Made by a program: the position numbers and the translations under genes. The notes beneath the pieces were generated by a model. That model did no database searches. It saw only the letters and a program-made list of their open reading frames with translations, and was not told the DNA's origin. Below are positions 32,117 through 41,715 of a stretch of 64,000 nucleotides of DNA, piece by piece (the first letter of the stretch is position 1; each line of letters starts with the position of its first letter). This DNA is from Macrostomum lignano (Eukaryota): the NCBI GenBank assembly GCA_002269645.1, contig NIVC01003361.1, forward strand, positions 38,415 through 102,414. The letters run 5' to 3'.

Positions 32117-33871
32117 TGCATGCATTGAATCATGATGATAAATAAATACAATTAAATCCATCTCATAGTACAATAGCTTCAAAAGAAACTTTTTATTATA
32201 ACTTTATGCTCTATAACCACAACTATATATATTCTTAGATAATTACTCCTTAAATAAGTAGCAAAAACCTTTGCAAATTCCTACTACTATTATTCATACT
32301 ATGTTGCAAAAAATACTTACACAAATTTTAAATATTTAATGAATTTTTATATAGATATTTGAAAATTATCTTCATCAATCTGATTTTATAGTAAATATAT
32401 TCAGATTGTAGTTAAAAAAGACTAATATAATTTATTCATTGTTTTTAATTTTATAGGGGTAAATTTTTAACCTTATAAAAAGTAAGCAATAGCTTTCTTT
32501 ATGGTTTTTATTTATAGCAATTATTATTGTTACAATGACTTAGCAGAAGGGTTAGGTTATACAAAAGATACTATCCCATTTAAGTAATTAGCATTCACTG
32601 TAAATAATAAGATATAAATCTGCTTATCTTGTCAGTGCCAGGACTGCACCACTTAGGCCATTTGCTACCATTGAGTCCTATTATTTGGACATTGAAATAT
32701 CTAAGACTAGTTGTTCTAGCATTATTTATTTGTGAAGAACCCAAACAGACCCCTTCATTGTGGATCCTATGGTTCCCACACTGGTGGCAGCACTACCCTT
32801 GATCTTAGATTTCTCCTCAGTCTCAGCCTCCACAAGTATACTTAGCAAGGTTGCTTCGGATGATAGCAGTCTATCCCATCACAGAAGCTAGAAAGCCAAG
32901 CACAACACTGGTGATAGCGATAGGATACTTAGTAACATGACAGTCAAAGGCAGCCAAAAGCAGAGTCATTGCATATCTAACTTTGCATCTATATCATTAA
33001 ACTTTATTAAAATAGCTATTTTAACATGAAAAATGAATTCATTTTAAGTTGTGTTTTCTGGCATCAATTTATATATACGTAAAAATGTACAATGTTTAGC
33101 TTCACTGTTTTTAACATATTCTATATTTTTCTAATTTTCTTAAAGAGTTCTTTAATTTAAAAGATATAAATCCCTACTTTTTATGCTATTTTAGATTTTT
33201 GGACTAGAGATTTCCATTTTTGGTTGTATTATTTTTAACTTGTGGTAAACAGACTGAAGATCCTACTAAGAGCCCATAGTCAGGATCATAGCATGCCTGC
33301 ACCAAAACAAATCCAATCAAAAAAGTTTGCACCATACGCTGAAACTATTCTTATCAAAAAAGTTTGTTTGTACTATATATTTAAATGATACTATCTAAAA
33401 CTTAGATGATATTTGTTTTATATGTTAACCATAAAAATAACCATTTCACTATTTATATGGTAATGAGATCACTATATTATTTAAGTGCCATAAAAATTAT
33501 TAGGCCTATAATATTACTAACAATTATCTTTGTTCATATTATAAAAAGCCTTTGAACATTAAACCCTATGTGCAAAACAATTCTTTTGTATAGCATTTTC
33601 AATTATAGCTTTTATCTGTAACTAAAAATTAAAGCTGTTAAAATTCTAATTTTTTAAGACAAAATTCAAAACAAGATCTGAGTTTTTTGCTAGAGAAGCA
33701 AAGTACAAAATTGCACTTGTACCTAATTTAAAAGTGCAATTTTATGCTTAGCTCAGAGTGCAATTCTTTTTTTTTGCTCCAAGTAGACATGCAAAGAAAA
33801 ATTATTGAACCTTAAGGGTAAGGCCTAATGGCTAATCTGAATTTTCTATAAGAAATTCTGGATTTTTTTAA

Positions 33872-35352
33872 GGCAGTGCTTATTTAGCCGGCATTGGTCG
33901 AATAAGTTCGCTACTATTTAGCTGGCACCTGTCAAATAATTGCGTCACTATTTAGCCAGCAGTCCCGCCCCACTGCCGGCAATCCTGGCCCCCAATGGAC
34001 ACGCTGGTCAAAATACATTTATACATTTTATAATTGCGCACTGCTCGTCATGACCTTAAGTTAATGATTTAACATACTACAAGCTAATTATTTATATTAC
34101 AATTTTGGAGTTTTTAGTTAAAGGTGTTTGCAGTGGTTTTTTGGCTTTAATGAGTGGTTTTGATTTAGAGATTAAAGTGAAAGTAAAACATGCATAATTA
34201 ATTTTTATTTCATTTATGTGTCTTCTACTGCTTCAAATAATTTCCGGAATATGCAAGACTTCCAGAAACAATTAAACAAACTTGAAGGCAAGTAATAAAT
34301 TGTACTGAATCTACATTGATTTATATTCACTGTACCTACTTTGTATTGCCCAAAGTTTAAATATCTCGAATAAATATATATAATGGCGTGGCCATTGGGG
34401 GCTAGAATTGCCGGCTAAATAGTAACGAGCTTATTTGACCGGCAGTGGGGCAGGACTGCCGGCCCATAGTCAGGAAGGTGGCAGAGTGTGCGCCAGAATA
34501 AATTTTAGAGGGACAATCTGTGCGCCGTCTGTGCACCATCTGTGCGCCATCTGTGCGCCCTCTGTGCGCCGTTATTAAAAAAATTGAATAATTACTACTG
34601 CACGCCGAAAAAAATTAGTACACGCCCATTCTCAAAAATATGCTGGTGTTGCGACAATAAATGACCTTTTTTTCGTTGTGACAATAAAAGACCTTTTTTA
34701 AATTGCATAAGAGACCCTTATTATTAGATAATATTGTTGCTTTTAAAGCTTTTTTGGCAATACTATTTACAACGGAAAGTTTATACAAGCAAAGATTTGT
34801 TTAAATACTCTTTTACGAGCTGGAAAAAACCGAAAAGCTTGAAATTTGTGCCTAAAAATGAACTTTTTCATCTTTTTTTCTACTTTACAATAACTCTTAC
34901 GCGTGATTCTATAAAGTGCACGCCAGGTGTGCATGCATATTTTTTTCTTAGGAGTGATGCACGCCTACTGTGCACACCTAATTTTGGTGTGCAAGGCCAA
35001 TGCACGCCCAAATTTTTGGGCATATACTACATGATCCAGAGTGTGGGTGCGCCAACTGCCAATGTGCACTGAGACCCTTTGTGTGCGCCGCGCTTGTGCG
35101 CCAATGTGCGCTGAGACCCTTTGTGTACGCCGCGCTTGTGCGCCAATGTGCGCTGAGACCCTTTGTGTACGCCGCGCTTGTGTGCCAATGTGCGCTGAGA
35201 CCCTTTGTGTGCGCCGCGCTTGTGCCCCAATGTGCGCCGAGACCCTTTGTGTGCGCTGGAATTTTCCCCCTCAGAGGCCACCTTCCTGAATATGGCTGCC
35301 GGCTAAACAGTAGCAAACTTATTCGGCTAGTGCCGACTAAATAAGCACTGCC
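33872..35352. mobile_element. Non-autonomous DNA transposon, 1481 bp, TIRs of about 56 bp starting GGCAGTG, 8-bp TSD TTTTTTAA
   Basis: Left GGCAGTGCTTATTTAGCCGGCA... versus right ...TGCCGACTAAATAAGCACTGCC (about 7 mismatches in 56); TTTTTTAA at 33864-33871 and 35353-35360; no transposase ORF. Confidence 0.8.
35055..35255. repeat. 42-bp tandem repeat (about 4.5 copies) inside the TIR element
   Basis: Explains the 14-aa periodic ORFs at 34978-35391. Confidence 0.9.
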
Positions 35353-35412
35353 TTTTTTAAATGAAAAGAATGTCAATACAACAGTTGACAATAGGCCCTA
35401 TCTTGTCTTGAA

Positions 35413-35678
35413 CATACATGCGCAACTGTTGGCCGACCTGGCCGATCTGGCCACTGTAAATTGTGGTAGACAAAGTAGCGAAAATGCCCACCCCAAATAC
35501 AGACGTGGTACTAATTAGCTGACGAGGCATTTAGCCTAAATAAGACACCATAGTTACTCCTGCCGTTTACCCAAAATTGTATTAATTTTGCTTTAGGGTT
35601 TCTATCACAAGTAAGTCGCATTTTTTGGCCAAAAAGTAAGTCTTATGGTCAGTTTAAATTAGAGGTTGCGCATGTATG
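35413..35678. mobile_element. MITE-like element with 14-bp TIR CATACATGCGCAAC
   Basis: Perfect inverted 14-mer at both ends; the same terminal word precedes the palindrome at 31685. Confidence 0.55.
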
Positions 35679-37059
35679 ATTTTGAAATTTGAATCTTGTC
35701 TCGTGGAGATCTTGTGAATATTCTACTAAACATTTAGTTTGATTAACTTGCAAGTACCTCTTAATCAACTTCAATAAATTTGGATAGGCCCCCTAGTAAG
35801 ATGGTAATAGGCCCTATGTACAAAGCCAACATAAAAATGCAAATATAAAAATGCTTCAGAAGCCATAGAGATAGAATATTAAAAAGATCTAGATAGGCAC
35901 AATGTCTAGGCCTATTTCTTCGACTCTCGATTGCTGCCAGGTTTTTTTCTTAAGGATAGGCCTAGAGCTGATTGACAAACGACACTAGGCATAAACATGA
36001 CAAATATTCGTTTCATACAATTTAACTAAGACTGAATGACGAGGTATAGGGGACCTAACATTGCCATTAAGTATTGAACTATAGATCAAGTTAGATTAAT
36101 GACAACTGACAAAATTAATTTGCTTGCTTCACTCAGTAAGACGGACAGTGTCGAACGACGGACACACCTTCATGCTTCATGGATGGATCACGACGAACCG
36201 TCGGGCGCGGGCCGCTCAAGTTGAAATAATTATTTTTATTATTAATTTAAACATCTTAAATGTTTTTTGCCTATTAAAACAAGCGTATAGTTATTATAGT
36301 TCATTAAAGTGCACAATATACTTCAAATCATTCTTGTTTTTAGAGCTTCATTTAACTTTTTAAGCAGGAATAATTGTAAACATAGCTTGACTAAAGTCGC
36401 GTGATGTGACTTTTGTAGGGCTAATACGACTGAGGAAATAAAACCGACAATGTGATGCCTTTTAGAAAAAAGAAATTGAACATTTTAAAATGAGAATATT
36501 CATCCATTTACTTAATAAAGAATTAAGAATTAAATAATTTGATGAGGACGCACTTTTTCCCAAATCCCGCGCTAGCACATGGGCTCTAAACTTACTAGCC
36601 TACTGACAACAGGCTAAGGGCATTTTTATTCTTTTTCTGCGGATAGTCATAGAATCTATACAAGATACAATGTTTGGTCATACTAGTAGTCATAATAACA
36701 TAGGCGCAGCTTTTTGGGTCATAAATCATCGCTTTCGAAGCTGGTCTGACAGCCACCTGCGCCTCACTCAGTGTTGAGGCGGGCGCCAGATGGTCTGAGA
36801 AGATGCGGGCGGTAGCTTTTTTTCATCATTTTGACAGGCCATCAAGATTTATGAGGTCAGAGCCTATTGTTCGTGTTCACTTAAGCGTGTGACAGCTTTG
36901 ACAGCTATGCGTTTTACCCCTAAAAGTACTTTGGGATTAGCGATTAGCAATTTCTCTTCATTATCTTCACTTATTTAATAAGAGCTTTCTAATGTATATT
37001 TTTCATTAATTTCTGTCAATCCTACGCGAAAAGTCATAAATCATTTTGTTGCGATTTTG

Positions 37060-38500
37060 AGTGATTTATGGCCGCACCTGTCATCTTTTTACGACCCTGT
37101 GGGAACTGATAGGATCTCCCGGTCACGTGATTCTGGGTAGCAACAAGCTTAGCCAATCAGAAAATTCGGTGCTCATTTTAACGAAACGGCTCAGCCATGC
37201 AATCAGAATCGAAGTGTTCCATTATAACAAACTGCGGTCCAGTTGGCGGCTATTTAAACCGGAGTTTTTGGCCCGCTCGGACGGCAACCTCCTGGGAACT
37301 TGGCCTAGCTTGAGACCTCCCGGAACCTGACCGTCGTTTCTTGATCCCCGGATTGCGACTCCCCCCCCCATCATCATCAAGGACGAGTCCCCCGGTCATC
37401 AGCAGCGAACATCAAGTGAAGAGCATCACCTGCTAGCTAACAGCGAAGATTGTGACAGCATCATCCCGAGTCTACAGCTGCAGAGCATCAAGCCGATTCG
37501 GTCACTGTGGATTACCTGGTCTCCGGCTGTTGAGTTTCTGATTGGTTGGGTGAGAGGCTACCTAGACTTGCTTGATTGGGTGATCCCTTGTCTGTCCCCT
37601 GTTGCAGTAGCTGAATTAGGCGCACACTTTTGCTCATTTTGTTCAGTAGTGCTGTTGCTGAGGCAGAAATCATTCAATAAGACTGCTAGTAGTCTAAGAC
37701 TCCAATTCAATCTGAAGTGTGAAGTGAACTAAGGAGAAGGTTAAATCTAACAGTTATTTTTATCGGTTTTATTTCTTTGTTCGCCGATGGCTCAGATGAG
37801 TAGCTAAAGCTAGTAGGCGCCGGTCACAGTGGACCAATGGCAAGGCAGTTCTCAGTCGACCAATCTATCAAATCAGTGAGCAAAACTGCCAGAAGTGCAG
37901 AATCGGCGCCAGAGATGTACTTTGTGCACTCTAGGATAGCCAAGCGGCTCGGGTAAATGAATCATGCGGTCTCTGAAGTTCGAGTTAGCCTATCATCAGC
38001 GCTATGAGAGGCTAGTTGGCGCGTTGAAGGCCAAAAGTACATATCTTCGTATTTAGCAATGTAATAGTACATGTAGCTACCCCATAGACTCGCCACCGCA
38101 AGAATCCCCTGCACAAGTCCCCTCTGTACCTGCATGGCCAATACGATCTAGTCCCAGCAGTGTCCCTTATCATCGGCTATGACTTCGAGATTGACAGCAA
38201 AAAGACACTAGTTGGCAGGTAAGTGCAAAGCCCCTTCTAGTCGGAAGCCCGATTTCGAGAGTCCCGGTGTGGTGAGCCAGGGCGCACGGGCTGGTGGCAG
38301 CAAGTTAGTTGATCTGCGAATTAGCTAATTTCTACTTTCAAAAGCTATAGGACCTAGACTGCTCGCCACACGATCAAGCTACCATGGCGCTGACCATCTG
38401 ACAGGAGTGGGGGGCCAGGTCTCTAATTGATTTATTTCTGAGCCTGAGGCCCGAAGGCTTCCCTAACAAGAGCCCGAAGGTCGAATCCCATCAAACTTTA
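37060..38500 (+). repeat. Dispersed promoter-bearing repeat, copy 1
   Basis: 37060-37260 aligns by eye with 40822-41040, and 38090-38500 with 41080-41453 plus 46580-46650; includes a GCAG|GTAAGT donor. Confidence 0.8.
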
Positions 38501-39738
38501 TCCCCCTAGTCGCGATTTTTTTGTAGCTCGTACTTTTGTCTCACCCAAGGACCCTGCACGTGCTGTACCTCTCTATACAGTGGTACTTTGGTATATCGTA
38601 TATGCCACAAACCGCGCAACGTGTTTGAAACAATTCGAAGCATAAGAAGAATTTCATCACAAGTTTAGTTATTCTCCTGGCTACTGATTCTGTAGAATGC
38701 GTTCGCATCCGAAATCCCTCCTCAGGCTTGGAAGCTCAACCTAAAACCTAATCGTCATACAGCCATCATCGTTTATTTATGCGATAAAAACGTAGAAGCA
38801 CACACATCAAGTCATCATGTGTAGCGAGGTTTTATATGCAGACAATTTAAATGAACGAAAGAGACCGATATTATATGCTGTGCCTAATTAACATCAGCTT
38901 TAAGTGAAATGGTTGATTTGTTATCACAAGTCTTTCAGCACGCGCATGCGCTCTCTCCTAAAGCTATTGCTTTGGCTCCCCCGGTGCATGCGTGTCAACT
39001 TTGCCGAGACATTCTTGGTCTTATTTTTCACACCGTGCCTGCCATTAACAGTGCCAAAAACTTAACCTTCTGGTCTGCGAATGCAGTCTTCTGGTTACGT
39101 AAGCGATAAGGTCTTCGGAGCATTCAACCAACGTTTGTGTTAGGATTAGGTTCAGCAGCCCTACTTTCATAGAACTTCGTTAGATTGGCCCTCAGGCGCT
39201 TCTTCTGACTCTGCTTCATCGCCCTTCATCGCACGTGAGCACCTGGATCTTAGGTGTAGTATTAACCATACAGCAGGTCGACTCTGGAAGCTATATATGC
39301 TTCGACCAGCCTGTCGATCTGCTGCCGTCCTCTTTCAGCACTTCTAGAGTTCACAGAAAATTCTTCTTTTATGGCGGCATTTTTCAATTCATGTGAGAGA
39401 TTTGTCTAAATTCAATTTCTTATAGTTATAAAAAATGTACTTTTTTTATTTAACGCCGTATATAAAAACTTATAAATCTATAAATAGGAAATATACGCGC
39501 ACAACTACAATAACTGACACTTAAAGAATGAAAGTAATTACATTAAAAACAGCCGGATATTCTAAGTATTAAATTAGTAGGTTTAGGGGAATTTTATTTG
39601 ATTGACTACTACTAGTAGAAATATGTGGAAAATACGTTGACGAAAAAATGAATAAGTAGATTTTTTATCCAAGTGTACTGTATACCGAAAGCTAATAGAT
39701 TTTAGTCATGACACAGCAGTCCACGTGAGGTTCTGACC

Positions 39739-40136
39739 GTGGCGGAGCCAGGAATTTCAATTGGGGGGGGGCGGGTTGGCCTGGCTGGCCATGCCTTATG
39801 CCATTGCCACTTTTGGCGCCGCAGGCACTCATTTTAGCACCGCAGGCACTCATTTTGGCGCCGCAGGCTCTCATTTTAGCGCCGCAATCACTCATTTTGG
39901 CGCCGCAGGCACTCATTTTGGCGCCGCAGGCACTCATTTTAGCGCCGCAGGCACTCATTTTAGCACCGCAGGCACTCATTTTAGCGCCGCAGGCACTCAT
40001 TTTAGCACCGCAGGCACTCATTTTAGCACCGCAGGCACTCAATTGCCTCATGGTTTTTGGTACCCGCCGCGCCCAACCCCACCACCCCGGCGATGGGGGG
40101 GGGGGCGGCCCCTCGGCCCCCCCTTGGCTACGCCAC
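39739..40136. mobile_element. MITE-like element (GTGGCGGAGCCA...TGGCTACGCCAC) carrying a 21-bp minisatellite
   Basis: 12-bp TIR with one mismatch, G/C homopolymer tracts, internal GCAGGCACTCATTTT(A/G)GC(A/G)CC x about 10 at 39825-40040; no clear TSD. Confidence 0.55.
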
Positions 40137-40821
40137 ATAGTTCTGACTCAATAGTTAATACCAGCTTACGAAAAGTGATGGCTCATGGTGATCTGGCCTC
40201 AATCTCGGGTTAGCATAGAAATCTCAAAGAGGCTTATGTAACTCAGATTACTCACTCACTGACCCACATTGCAGAAAGAATAATATTAGCTGTGAGCATG
40301 ATGAGTTACTGTAAGGGATGAGGACGCACCTTTTTCAATCTTAGAACTGCACGTTTTGCTTCGATGCGCTTTTCCCCTACTGTCAGTAGGCTAGCTTAGG
40401 AATCTCTTCTCCATTCTCTCATCCAGGCTAAGTTCTACACTAATTTATGCCACTACTATTAGTTATGATTAATACTCAATGTACTTCTCTTAGGATTCTA
40501 ATTTTGGATTGTTTACGCATCTTTGAAGGTCAGACTGTCTGGGTCTGAGACGGATTGACCTCTAGCAGTCTAGACGGGCGACACTAAGTCTGGGAGGAAT
40601 GGTTTCAACCCCATTCTGACCCCAAGATTTGCGGCTTTTTCACTGTTTTCAGTGATTTATGGCGGTCTAGCTGACACTTTTGGATCCAGCTTGTCTGGGT
40701 CAAAGAGGTCTTTCCAGCCTTCTCCCCACTCGCTCTGTTACTTTCTCCTTTAATTTATGTGTGTTTTGCTGTCACTTTTGGCGCCAGGGTGTCTAGACTA
40801 GTGGCTTTTATTATGTTTTGC

Positions 40822-41453
40822 GCATGATTTATGACCGCACCTGTCATCTTCCCTGGGGTCTGAAGGCCACCTCGTGGGGTGGGTTTTGGGGTCTTGAGCT
40901 TAGCCAATCAGAGTCGACCTGACTGCCCCCGGCTCGACCAATCAGAAAATTCGGCGCCTATTTTAACAAAAGCTCTCAGCCAATCGGAAATTTCGGCGTG
41001 CGTTATAACAAATCGGCCGCGTGAGAGCTATAAAAGGCGGCAACTCGAACCACGCTCGAGACTTTTAGTAGTGTATGAAGGCTCGCCAGCGCAAGAACCC
41101 CCTGCAAAAGTCGTCTCTGTCCCTGAATCGCCAACGCGATCTTAGTCCCAGCAGCGTCCCTTCTATTCGGCTATGACTTCGAGATAGACAGCTAAAAGAC
41201 ACTAGATGGCAGGTAAGTGCAGTGCCCCTCTAGTCGGAAGTCCGATTTCGATAGCTCCGGTTTGGTGAGCCAGGGCGCACGGACTGGTGGCAGCGGGTTA
41301 GTTAATCTGCGGATTAGCTAATCTCTACCTTTCAAATTCTCCCTGCTTGTCTCTCGCTGTCTCCTCCTAGCTATAGGACCTTGCTACTAGCCCACAATCT
41401 AGCTACCATGGGGCTGACCATCTGACAGGAGTGAGAGGCCAGAGTTCTAAGTG
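40822..41453 (+). repeat. Dispersed promoter-bearing repeat, copy 2 (interrupted by the Gypsy insertion; resumes at 46580)
   Basis: Joining TTCTAAGTG to ATTCATTTCTG restores collinearity with copy 1 (TCTCTAATTGATTTATTTCTG). Confidence 0.8.
40900..41035 (+). promoter_or_regulatory. Three CCAAT boxes (40904, 40938, 40980) followed by TATAAAA (41029)
   Basis: Motifs read directly; layout typical of NF-Y/TATA Pol II promoters; copy 1 has CCAAT and TATTTAAA in equivalent positions. Confidence 0.55.
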
Positions 41454-41707
41454 TGTCGTGTCGTGGCTGGCTAGCCAAACTTGAGCCGCAAATGGGCGAG
41501 AGGTTGTTATTTATTGTAGTTGGCATTGCACATAGATGTACATGCAGATACGAGTGAAGCATCAGCTAATAGATTAGACGGTTAGGCATAAGCGTACATT
41601 GACAGACAGAGCAGGCGGGGAGAGAGCAAGCAGTCCTAAACTCAGCGCCAATAACAATTGGGGTGCAGCCCCACACTGCGCACTTCAAGTCAAGTCACGA
41701 TACAACA
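41454..41707 (-). repeat. 3' LTR (254 bp, TGTTGTATC...CACGACA)
   Basis: TG...CA termini, AATAAA inside, preceded by PPT GATGAGGGGA. Confidence 0.95.
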
Positions 41708-41715
41708 TCCCCTCA

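Noticed and set aside
38575-38610. TA-CAGTGGTAC Tc1/pogo-like terminus
   Set aside because: No matching inverted end found nearby
41285-41296. TGGTGGCAGCGG as a tRNA-Leu PBS implying the host repeat is a 5' LTR
   Set aside because: No LTR-terminal CA just upstream, the match is shorter in copy 1, and no gag follows
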